Source: Octopus sinensis
Taxonomy: Eukaryota
Reading direction: 5' to 3'
DNA length: 64,000 nt
Assembly (NCBI RefSeq): GCF_006345805.1
Contig: NC_043002.1
Coordinates: forward strand, 65,906,001 to 65,970,000
A program made the position numbers and the translations under genes. The notes under the pieces were generated by a model. It was given only the letters and a program-made list of their open reading frames with translations. It was not told where the DNA came from and did not search any database. Below, one piece after another: positions 13,168-25,145 of the stretch. Each line of letters begins with the position of its first letter. Position 1 is the stretch's first letter.

Positions 13168-14565
13168 AATGTGTGTGTGTATGTGTGTATTCGTGCTTAT
13201 ATGCATATAAGTGAAGGCGCATGGCTCAGGGGTTAGAGCGTCGAGCTTACGATCGTGAGGTTGTGAGCTCGAATCCCGGACCGGGCTGCGTGTTGTGTTC
13301 TCGAGCAAGGCACTTTATTTCACGTTGCTCCAGTTCACTCAGCTGTAGAAATGAGTTGCGACGTTACTGGTGCCAAGCTGTATCGACCTTTGTCTTTCCC
13401 TTGGATAACACTGGTGGCGTGGAGAGGGGAGGCTGGTATGCATGGGCGACTGCTGGCCTTCCATAAAAAACAACCTTGCCCAGACTTGTGTCTAGGAGGG
13501 TAACTTTCTAGGTGCAATCCCATGGTCATTCATGACCGAAGGGGGTCTTTACCCTTATGCATATAAGTACCTGTGTATAGTCGTTTAGACGTACATATTT
13601 TCGTTAATATTCTTATATTATGTAAGCATGCACAAACGCACAAATGTGCACACGCAATCACGCACGTATGCATGTGCATGTATGCATGTGTGTGTGTGTG
13701 TGTGTGTACAATAGACAGAGGAACAGGAATTATGTAAACGTATTTATTGGCTTACAGTGACGTCTGCTATAAGGCTCAGTGGTATATACGATGGACTCTT
13801 TCGCCGAAGACTACGGATGAGCGTACAGCTCTTGCCGAACAAGCTGCACAAATGATTTGTTTATATATATAATGTGTGTGTATGTGTGTATTCGTGCTTA
13901 TATGCATATAAGTGAAGGCGCATGGCTCAGGGGTTAGAGCGTCGAGCTTACGATCGTGAGGTTGTGAGCTCGAATCCCGGACCGGGCTGCGTGTTGTGTT
14001 CTCGAGCAAGGCACTTTATTCACGTTGCTCCAGTTCACTCAGCTGTAGAAATGAGTTGCGACGTTACTGGTGCCAAGCTGTATCGACTTTGTCTTTCCCT
14101 TGGATAACACTGGTGGCGTGGAGAGGGGAGGCTGGTATGCATGGGCGACTGCTGGCCTTCCATAAAAAACAACCTTGCCCAGACTTGTGTCTAGAGGGTA
14201 ACTTTCTAGGTGCAATCCCATGGTCATTCATGACCGAAGGGGGTCTTTACCCTTATGCATATAAGTACCTGTGTATAGTCGTTTAGACGTACATATTTTC
14301 GTTAATATTCTTATATTATGTAAGCATGCACAAACGCACAAATGTGCACACGCAATCACGCACGTATGCATGTGCATGTATGCATGTGTGTGTGTGTGTG
14401 TGTACAATAGACAGAGGAACAGGAATTATGTAAACGTATTTATTGGCTTACAGTGACGTCTGCTATAAGGCTCAGTGGTATATACGATGGACTCTTTCGC
14501 CGAAGACTACGGATGAGCGTACAGCTCTTGCCGAACAAGCTGCACAAATGATTTGTTTATATATA
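13168..14565 (+). repeat. Direct tandem duplication of about 700 bp, each unit containing a full tRNA-derived SINE D (13213-13555 and 13914-14255)
   Basis: GTGAAGGCGCATGGCTCAGGGGTTAGAGCG occurs at 13211 and 13912; unique flank is duplicated too. The copies differ mainly by 1-bp deletions. Confidence 0.9.
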
Positions 14566-14660
14566 TATATATATGTGTGTGTATGTGAGCGTGTGTGTAT
14601 TATGTATGTATGTATGTATGTATGTATGTATATGCGTGTGTATATATAAATGTATATGTG

Positions 14661-14691
<31 letters not shown>

Positions 14692-14692
14692 A

Positions 14693-14739
<47 letters not shown>

Positions 14740-17060
14740 TGCATGCATGTGTGTATATATGTTTGTATGTACGTGTGTCTGTATAATTTGGTGTACAAAT
14801 GCCACGCGTATAAGTTTCATACCTCTGATACTACAGTAACCGGACGGGCTTGTATAGCGTGCTGTGTATTATCGGGTAATTGCTAAGGTTTAAAGTACAA
14901 CATGGCTGCTCTCTAAGAAACAGTGAAAATGAACCAGAAAGAAGGAGAGGACGAAGTAAATGAAAAATGTGAACGATAAACGAAAAGCGTGGAGAGAAAA
15001 GAGATAAGTGTCATGTCACCTTTACTCGTCAGAACGGAATTAACAATAATTGGTGTAGTTAATTCGACGGGGAAATGTCATTTGTAAAACTGCCAGTTTA
15101 ATAATGGCTGGTGGACGCAAGTTCCAGTTCGATAGTAGAAACTTATGCTGATGTTTGCATTCATTGAAGATCCTAGATCTAGAATTTAGTAAATGGATGG
15201 AGTTCTTAGATTGAAAATGGATGAGTTCTTTCGGGTGTGCAAAGCCTGCACCTCTTTAATCCATTAATTATGATGTAGATCGTTCCAGGATACTCCACAT
15301 GATAATATGTGGAATATTGCTAGCCTTCAAATCTCAGATAATGCTGGCTAACTTAGTTGTTTTTCTTCTTATCTGTGTTTTGGAAGAAGACTAGTGGTTT
15401 GCATATCTTTTTTAGAGTAACTTTTGCATAGACCGACATACTTTTTCTTTTATTTTGAGTTTCGTTATTGTGTAGTACTGAGGTGAGCTCAGCTTCGTAA
15501 ACCATCGAGTTAAACATGCATGCTGGATTAAGTGGGCAGTGGCTGTGTCTCTACAGTTACATTTTCGAGTAAGCGCAGTCTGTCGCAAGTAACATTTTCA
15601 CTTGATTGTAGTCATAGAGCTAACAACTTTAGCTCGATGCATAATTTACTCCCACCCTTGACCCACACGACACATCCGTCTTTCTTCCTCTTATCAGCTC
15701 TACTGCACCACCACCTCTCAGATCTCGAACTAAATATTATTATCCAATCATTCCTCTCAAAGTTTCAACCCTCTAGAATGCCCTCTCCATCGATTACATT
15801 GATCTTGACAATGTGAGAGAGGGCCCACGAAGATCGCAAGGACTGTAGCATAATACAGAAAGTCAACAAAGCATCTACGGTAGATCCGAACCCATGACCT
15901 ACATAGAAGCTAACTTATTCACCAGATCGCATTGACCTCAACAATAAAACATCGCCACCATCAAGAAAGCTTTTATGTGGTTGCGCAACCTGCTAGAAAT
16001 AGCAACCAAATACCCCTAAATTAATCTTTGTCATCTTCAAATAGCGTATAATACTTTAGGTAATTTAGCCCAAGATTTCCCCGCCAAAAGAAAGACAAAA
16101 TGGTGGATGGTCACGGATGGAACGTCTCTGTAAAATAGGCATGCTCGATCAGCTCAAAAACAACAACATCTGGATAAAGATTTTAATTTCATTTCCATTC
16201 CTTTTAATTAGTCATTTGTTTACTCAGAAATAAACTAATCATGTTTCCTAAAACTTCCTACTTGTTGTGTGAGATCCTCGTCCAGCCCAGATATTCTCAC
16301 ATATTAATTTATCAACTTTACGTGCTTCAAACGAAAGTAATTACAGAAGGATAGGCCATCGTTAAATTGATTTCACTCTGAAGCACTGTTGCTCTTAACG
16401 ACCTCAAACCGTTGCATTTTACGTCAACGTGAAGGGAGGTCTTAATTCAGCCAGGTGAGTTAAACGAAATGTTTTAAACAACGAGAGAATTCTTCTTTTA
16501 AAACAACATAAGTTAATAAATCATTAAAGAGAATAACTATTTAGCATTTAATGGGAGGAGGCGGGGTGGGCAAGGCGGTTGATTCGTGGCCAACTGATAC
16601 GCACACATACACACACATGCGCACATGCATGCATGTGCATATGCGTGCATGTGCATATGCATGTGTAATTAAATACCTGTGTATGTAAGTATGCATGTTT
16701 TGGTGTATGTGTGTATATGTGCATGTGCCTATGTATACACGCGCGCGCGCACACATATATATCTACTCATATACATAAACACACGTGTGTGTGTGTACAC
16801 AAACATACAAATGTAGATAGACAGACAGAAAGACTGATAGAATGACAAACAGACAGACAGGCTGATAGATAGATAGATACATACATACATACATACATAC
16901 ATACATACATACATACACACATACGTACATACATACATACATATTTACATGTATATATATATATATACATACATATATACAGTATATATATATAAATAGA
17001 TAGATAGATATCACCAGGTATATTATATCTATTATTTATATGTGTGTGTATTTGTATCTA

Positions 17061-17124
<64 letters not shown>

Positions 17125-18433
17125 GCAGGGGTGAAATGAAGCTAGTATTTTCTATTTCGAGCATTTTAAATTGTCTTGGTTTTGGTTTTGCTTTTTATTT
17201 GTGCGCTTGTTTTGGTTTCCTTCTTTTATTTATTTTTTTTTTTTTTACACATTTCACCTACATATTTGCTTATCTATAAATTTGTTACCTGATAACATCT
17301 TCCTACTGAGGGGAGGAAATGCTTAGACGAGAGGGAACGGAAATACCTTATAACTAAATATATTAATCAAATGAAAAAAATAAATATGTTTTGTTTTTTG
17401 CTTTTTTAATAAAATGTGATATTATTCAGGTGTTCGGATCTCTCGGTTGATATTTGCTTTGGTTTCTATTCTATTTGCCTGGCTCTTGGATGGTTTTACC
17501 TTTCTTGTTCCTGCTGGTCCTTGTTGATTCTTGCTTGGCCTTATTGAGCCTTGTTTGATTGATTGGGTCTTGACGGGTCTTGTTGGTTCCTGATAGCCTT
17601 GAGTTGGTTTTCCTTGATTTAACTGAACCTTTTTTCCTTTTTTATTATTTTTCTTAAGCTTATTTGGTGTTGATGTACTTTTATGATTTTTCTGATCATA
17701 CTGAGTCTTGCTGGACCTTGCCGGTCCTTGCTAAGTCTCACTAATTTTTCCCTTTTTCTTCCACAGCCAGTCAGTACCAGCTTTGTATCAACGAGATTGT
17801 CTTTATCTGAAAACAGTAGCCGATTATTTTTCATATCATAGTTTTTAAAAAGGAAGGATACATTGAAAATGTCGTCCTAGATACGTTGTGTCTAAAAATA
17901 GGCGGGTTAGTCTCAACCAGAGCACGCTTGATCATGTCTTCTCGATTAGGGCTAATATAGAACTTTAAAACAACATTAATAACAATGCTTATAATGACCC
18001 ACATTCCATCAGAATCGTGGACAGGCAGTTAATCCTATTGGAGTTAACGGTGCTCTCAGAGGAGAGAAGGGGAAAGCGCAAAACAGGAAGAGAGCTAAGT
18101 GCCAGGAATTAGTTGAAGACTGGCGCAAAAATGGGTGAAGAACCATTTATTTTCCAATGGATGTTGGCAGCCGTGAGCCCTCTCCCCCTTCCCCATGCCT
18201 ACATGGAAAATTATTATTATTGTTGTTTTAACAACCAGACACACAAAACTCATTTTCCATCATCGTCTTCAATGCATCTTTTTGGTGATTTCTGATGGGA
18301 AAGTCATGATCTTGTGCTGTAAGATTATTATTATTATTATTATTATTATCATCATTATTATTATTATCATCATTATTATTATTATCATCATCATCATCAT
18401 CATCATCATTCATCATCATCATCATCATTATTA

Positions 18434-18467
<34 letters not shown>

Positions 18468-18543
18468 ATTATTATTATTATTATTATTATTATATTATTA
18501 TTATTATTATTATTATTTTATTATTATTATTATTATTATTATT

Positions 18544-18596
<53 letters not shown>

Positions 18597-18601
18597 TATT
18601 A

Positions 18602-18739
<138 letters not shown>

Positions 18740-19036
18740 CTACTACTACTGTTGTTGTTCTTGTTCTTGTTCTTGTTATCATTACTATTATTATTATTAG
18801 CCGAAGTCAATTTTGCCTTTCGACCTTTCAGGGGCTGATAAAATTAAGCACAAGTATCGACTAATCCACTCTGCTCAGAATTTCTGTGCCTATCGGTAAA
18901 GTAACGAGAAAAAAAGAGTGAGTATATTGAGTTAAGTCCCTTTACGTTCTGAATTCCCATCCAGTCAAGGCAGACTTTGCCTTTCTGCAAAATCGATAAT
19001 TCACTCCAAATCACTCTTCTGCCAAATCACTCCAAA

Positions 19037-19187
19037 TCACCGGTAAAATTTCCACTTTTTTCTTATTTTTATTGTCCTAAAATTTTCGTTGCATCTTGCA
19101 ACCTTTTCAATACAGTCAAAACTATTGAAAAGGTTGCAAAATTTTAGGAAAATAAAAATAAGAAAAAAGTGGAAATTTTACCGGTGA
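19037..19187. mobile_element. 150-bp hairpin element with a hammerhead-like core variant (19078-19110, minus)
   Basis: TCACCGGTAAAATTTCCACTTTTTTCTTATTTTTATT pairs with AATAAAAATAAGAAAAAAGTGGAAATTTTACCGGTGA. Minus strand: UUGAAAA G GUUGC AAGAU GCAAC GAAA AUUU UA; stem I is not clear. Confidence 0.55.
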
Positions 19188-19351
19188 GTGTGTTACATAA
19201 TAAGGCACAAAAAGAAAATGACTCTCCCCAGACAAAACAGAATATGCTTCAACACACGAACTCATATAAAGAATCTTGCAAACCAAATCCAAAAACGAAA
19301 TATAGTTTTACATAAAATTTTTACATTAATAAGATATTGCGAAGCAAACTT

Positions 19352-19800
19352 AGGCGGTGAGCTGGCAGAAGAGTTAGCGCGCCGGGCGAAATGCTTAGCG
19401 GTATTTCGTCAGTCTTACGTTCTGAGTTCAAATTCTGCCAAGGGCGACTTTGCCTTTAATCCTTTCAGGATCGATAAATTAAGTACCAGTTGCGTACTGG
19501 GGTCAATCTAATCGACTGGCCCCCTCCCCAAAAATTTCAGGCCTTGTGCCTAAAGTAGGAAAAAAATTAATTCGCAGCAAACTTAGGCGGTAAGTTGCCA
19601 GAATCGTTCGCACGCCGGGCGAAATGCTTAGCGGTATTTCATCTGTCTTTATGTTCTGACTTCAGATTCCGCCGAGGGTGACTTTGCCTTTCATCCCTTC
19701 AGGATCGATAAATTAAGTACCAATTGCGTAATGAGGTCAATCTAATCGACTGGCTCCCTCCCCAAATATTTCGGGCTTTGTACCTATAGTAGAAAGTATT
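19352..19800 (+). mobile_element. Two head-to-tail SINE A copies
   Basis: GGCGGTGAGCTGGCAGAAG...TCATCC/AATCCTTTCAGGATCGATAAATTAAGTACC occurs twice (19352 and 19585). Confidence 0.85.
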
Positions 19801-20129
19801 ATTACGAAGCAAACTCATTAAAAATATTTTATTAAGGAGTCTGCTTTTTGTGGGGAGAGGGTGGTGGCAGTGACAGTGCTACGGGTTGTGGCAGTCGTAG
19901 CCTTATTGATGGCGGTGACGGCGGTGACGGCGGTGTCGGGTTACTTGGCACAGGTGTTGATGTTTGAGAATGGTGGTTGGGGCGGCTTCGTAAGCATTAA
20001 TTGCTGTTATAAATGAAAATAGAGATTTCTTAGGTGCAGGCTTGTAGATGTACGCATGTTTGTCTATATATGTCCTTACGAAAGTATGCATGCATACGTA
20101 TATCAGTGGGGGGTGCGCCGCGAACATAA

Positions 20130-20163
<34 letters not shown>

Positions 20164-20289
20164 ATTATATATATATATATATATATAATTATATATATAT
20201 ATATATATATAATATATGTATGTATGTATATATATATAATACAGTGGTACACATTTAAACACATTAAGAGGTTTCCATCATAGGAACCC

Positions 20290-20690
20290 TTACGCTAGAA
20301 AGAACAGCTAAAGTCCAAACCACTTATTAGGGATAAATTCTCGAATAAAAACAATTACCATCTATTTCCTCGACCATGCTTTCTGACTTATTTTAGCGCG
20401 GTGGATTTGAAAAAATTGAAATGTATAAGCAGGAGGCACATGGTGGATTGGCCTCGTGTTTATATGTTTAATCTTGGCGTCCCTGTTGACGAAAGACTTC
20501 GCCTAGCAAATTATTTTATTTGCTAAAATAAGTCAGAAACCATGGTCCAGGAAATAGATGGTAAATGTTTTTATTTTTCATTCCCTTCGAGAATTTATCC
20601 CTAATTAGTGGTTTGGACTTTATTGACTAATTTTTCTATACGCTAGGCCACTGGTAGTAAACATTTCTAAAATCTTTATCACCCTGATAT
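20290..20690 (+). mobile_element. Penelope-derived inverted-repeat element; tail repeated again towards the gap (20710-21034)
   Basis: 20305-20400 is an inverted copy of 20520-20620. 20580-20700 is mirrored at 20710-20830 and repeated at 20875-20980. Confidence 0.65.
20482..20551 (+). ncRNA. Type I hammerhead ribozyme motif (U3 variant)
   Basis: CCTG TTGACGA AA GACTT CGCC TAGCAAAT TATTTT ATTTGCTA AAAT AAGTC A GAAAC CATG GTC CAGG. Stem I CCTG/CAGG; palindromic stem III ACCATGGT; GUC site. Confidence 0.72.
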
Positions 20691-21034
20691 TATTAATTAT
20701 ATATATATATATATAATTAATAATATCAGGGTGATAAAGATTTTAGAAATGTTTACTACCAGTGGCCTAGCGTATAGAAAAATTAGTCAAAAAGTCCAAA
20801 CCACTAATTAGGGATAAATTCTCGAAGGGAATATATATATATATTTAATATGACATTTGATTTGCCTAATATATATCCGGTGATAAAGATTTTAGAAATG
20901 TTTACTACCAGTGGCCTACGTATAGACAAAATTAGTCAATAAAGTCCAAACCACAATTAGGGATAATTCTCGAAGGGACGAATATATATATATTATATAT
21001 GACATTTGATTTGCCTAATATATATCAGGGTGAT

Positions 21035-21134
21035 NNNNNNNNNNNNNNNNNNNNNNNNNNNNNNNNNNNNNNNNNNNNNNNNNNNNNNNNNNNNNNNNNN
21101 NNNNNNNNNNNNNNNNNNNNNNNNNNNNNNNNNN
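21035..21134. other. Assembly gap (100 N)
   Basis: Exactly 100 N, a fixed-size scaffold gap. Confidence 0.99.
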
Positions 21135-21139
21135 CTCAG

Positions 21140-21388
21140 AAACACAATAAAACAACTACAACAACTGATATTCATCGACAAACCCTTACTCTTTTGAGGG
21201 TCAGGTAACCTAGCGTTAAGAAAAATTAACCTCAACATTTTGAAAGAGAAAGCTGATACCCTATGTAAATCAATCAACAGAATAACATGGACAATGCTGT
21301 GTGTAAAATACCTGCGCTCTGTAAACAGGACTAGATTAAGTGCCATAGAGGTCCTAAGCACTTAAAAGAGTTTGGCACCCCCGTATAT
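21140..21388 (+). mobile_element. Possible 3' end of a Tc1/mariner-superfamily transposon
   Basis: Ends AAGAGTTTGGCACCCCCGTATA (reverse complement TATACGGGGGTGCCAAACTCTT, TIR-like). The upstream frame NLNILKEKADTLCKSIN...LRSVNRTRLSAIE loosely resembles a transposase C-terminus. Confidence 0.35.
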
Positions 21389-22568
21389 ACGTAATTCAAA
21401 ATACAAACAACTTTAAACCATAAAATAAATAATAATAAACCATAACTTAGATAACTCAAATATGTGTTGACCAAAGATTGGTCCAGGCCATGTCTAACTT
21501 AATAACACCACCTGATAGGATTTGCTAAATCTTTTTTTTAAATCAAGTTTTGTGGTATCATGGCCCATTCGAGAAGGGAGCTCTTGTTGAGTGAGTTGTA
21601 TCTAGGTATCGGTGGCTTATCTGCTATCCCTTAGGGAAATTTGTCCAGATTCCGTTTAAATAATAATAAGCATAAAACGAATCTTATTTTTCAAAATGAT
21701 GCAAAACTGACAGTATTATGGAAAAAAAATGTTCATTTTCGTAGACTTCCACTTTATCTAGATGTCTTCTTTTCCTCATAGCATCGTCTTTGATCAGATC
21801 CTCACTATGACACCATGAAAACTTCGAAGTTATATTTCCGATCATATAAACTACTTAGATTTCTTTTGTGCCGTAAGCTATATACTATTTTTGTGGCGGT
21901 GCTCCCACCTTTCTTTGATGCCCGAAGTACGTGCATAATTTGCTTAACGGTTAATCCAGCACTGTGTGAGAACGATACCCGACTGAGAACAATTGCTCTG
22001 AATTGGTCTGTAAAATTCCACAAGAATACATCCGGGTTTGTTTATTCAATGCACTAAAACGTTTATTTATTATTTTTTTTTTGTTTTGTTTTTTTCACCG
22101 ATTTCTTTCCTTCCTTGTTATCATTAAGATAAAATATAGGTTAAAGAATAAAAATGAAATAAAACAGCTTAGCTTATCCATCCCCTTCAAAAACGGTTAA
22201 TGATCTACGTAACCTTGATTTCACTGCTTCTGCTGTTGTTGTTTTGGTTTCTTTTTTTATATATATATTTTTTTAATCGTGTCTCCATTAATATATGCTC
22301 TCTGTATTTATCTTGCGTTTTGTCTTTGTTTTTCTAAATTCTATCTGTCTATTATCTATACATTAACATTTATATATAAATTCCCCTACTGCTATACATG
22401 TGTGTACATAAATATGTACGTGTGTGTCTCTCTATGTGACTGGCTGGCTTCTGTGCGTGTACATATATGTGTATGAGTGTCTGCGTATGTACCTATGTGT
22501 GTATACGTGTATATACTTTTAGGTGTCTTGTAAATATATATATACACTATATATATATTATATATATA

Positions 22569-25040
22569 GGTAAACAGTAAAATTAATTACAGACAGGGAC
22601 AGGAACATGAAACACCACAGAGACAACAAGAACCACAGGACGGGACATTCGAAGCCCTCAGTCATCAGTCAAGAACCAGATCATCTTAGCATTTCGGCTG
22701 ATTAATCTTGAGAGTGCTCCGATATGGCCAGCCCGCCAAGGGAAATCTAAGCCAAGCGCATTAGATCCCCGGAAGAAAGCTTCGAATGTATACAACGAAA
22801 GGACGGAAAACGATCGAAGTACACAAACAAAAATACAGAATACGTGACACCAATAAGAATACAAAAACGTAAAAACAATAACGGTAAAAATAAAAAATAA
22901 ACAACAAAACAAAACCAGGACGTAGGACAAGGGTCCTTTCGACAGGACGATTTGAGTAGGGGCTGGCTTGTGAAGTTGTGCCTAAAGGCCACGGAGACGA
23001 ACAAATACGTGTTGCTTCTGAGGCTGCTGAAAACGAAAAGCGCTCAACACCGGCTAGCTGTCACGTGAGAACAAAAGACAGGAGAAAGGGACAGATGAAA
23101 AGGGAGAGAAGGTGGACGAGGAGGAGAAGAAGAGACAGATCGAGGGGGCTGGAGGTGAGAGAGGTAGAGAAACGTAGAAAGGGGGGGGACGGAAGGAGAG
23201 GGAAAGAAAGGAGTGGAATAAGGGAGGAGAGAGAGAGAGAGAAAAAGAGACAGATTAGAGTCGTATCAAAGCTTGAGAAAAAAATTACTTATCGTATAAG
23301 GACAATTGTGGATACGTAGCCGCCGATTATATAGGTAAACATTAAAATTAATTACAGACATGGACAGGAACATGAAACACCACAGAGACGACACAAGACC
23401 ACAGGACGGGACATTCGAAGCCCTCAGTCATCAGTCAAGAACCAGATCATCTTAGCAATTCGGCTGATTATCTTGAGATTGCTCCGATATGGCCAGCCCG
23501 CCAAGGGAAATCTAAGCCAAGCGCATTAGATCCCCTGGAAGAAAGCTTCGAATGTATACAACGAAAGGACGGAAAACGATTCGAAGTACACAAACAAATA
23601 CAGAATACGTGACACCAATAAGAATACAAAAACGTAAAAACAATAACGGTAAAAATAAAAAATAAACAACAAAACAAAACCAGGACGTAGACAAGGGTCT
23701 TTCGACAGGACGATTTGAGTAGGGGCTGGCTGTGAAGTTGTGCCTAAAGGCCACGGGGAGACGAACAAATACGTGTGCTTCTGAGGCTGCTGAAAACGAA
23801 AAGAGCGCTCAACACCGGCTAGCTGTCACGTGAAACAAAAGACAGGAGAAAGGGACAGATGAAAAGGGAGAGAAGAGTGGACGGGGAGGAGAAGAAAGAG
23901 ACAGATCGAGGGGGCTGGAGGTGAGAGAGGTAGAGAAACGTAGAAAGGGGGGGGGGGACGGATGGAGAGGGAAAGAAAGGAGTGGAATAAGGGAGGAGAG
24001 AGAGAGAGGAGAAAAGAGACAGATTAAGAGTATCAAAGCTTGAGAAAAAAATATACTTATCGTATAAGGACAATTGTGGATACGTAGCCGCCGATTATAT
24101 AGGTAAACAGTAAAATTAATTACAGACATGGACAGAACATGAAACACCACAGAGACGACACAAGAACCACAGGACGGGACATTCGAAGCCCTCAGTCATC
24201 AGTCCAGAACCAGATCATCTTAGCAATTTCGGCTGATTAATCTTGAGATTGCTCCGATATGGCCAGCCCGCCAAGGGAAATCTAAGCCAAGCGCATTAGA
24301 TCCCCTGGAGAAAGCTTCGAATGTATACAACGAAAGGACGGAAAACGATCGAAGTACACAAACAAAAATACAGAATACGTGACACCAATAAGAATACAAA
24401 AACGTAAAAACAATAACGGTAAAAATAAAAAATAAACAACAAAACAAAACCAGGACGTAGGACAAGGGTCTTCGACAGGACGATTTGAGTAGGGGCTGGC
24501 TTGTGAAGTTGTGCCTAAAGGCCACGGGGAGACGAACAAATACGTGTTGCTTCTGAGGCTGCTGAAAACGAAAAGAGCGCTCAACACCGGCTAGCTGTCA
24601 CGTGAGAACAAAAGACAGGAGAAAGGGACAGATGAAAAGGGAGAGAAGGTGACGAGGAGGAGAAGAAATAGACAGATCGAGGGGGCTGGAGGTGAGAGAG
24701 GTAGAGAAACGTAGAAAGGGGGGGGACGGATGGAGAGGGAAAGAAAGGAGTGGAATAAGGGAGGAGAGAGAGAGAGAGAAAAAGAGACAGATTAAGAGTC
24801 GTATCAAAGCTTGAGAAAAAAATATACTTATCGTATAAGGACAATTGTGGATACGTAGCCGCCGATTATATAGGTAAACAGTAAAATAATTACAGACATG
24901 GACAGGAACATGAAACACCACAGAGACGACACAAGAACCACAGGACGGGACATTCGAAGCCCTCAGTCATCAGTCAAGAACCAGATCATCTTAGCAATTT
25001 CGGCTGATTAATCTTGAGATTGCTCCGATATGGCCAGCCC

Positions 25041-25044
<4 letters not shown>
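22569..25044. repeat. Tandem array of an approximately 768-bp unit (3 full copies plus about 170 bp)
   Basis: GGTAAACA...AATTAATTACAGAC starts at 22569, 23334, 24102 and 24873. Near-identical units differ mostly by 1-2 bp indels. Confidence 0.95.
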
Positions 25045-25081
<37 letters not shown>

Positions 25082-25092
25082 TATTATATACG

Positions 25093-25143
<51 letters not shown>

Positions 25144-25145
25144 GA

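Noticed and set aside
20700-21034. Perfect palindrome and tandem copies as a biological structure
   Set aside because: They lie at a contig end beside the 100-N gap, where fold-back and redundant-read artefacts are common; not trusted without reads.
21805-22023. Transposase-like HTH in ORF MWNFTDQFRAIVLS...
   Set aside because: Only a vague resemblance, with no catalytic motif or TIR to support it.
22655-22700. Permuted (type II) hammerhead in the 768-bp unit
   Set aside because: GAAA and CTGATGA are present on the minus strand, but stems I and III and the 10.1-11.1 pair cannot be formed.
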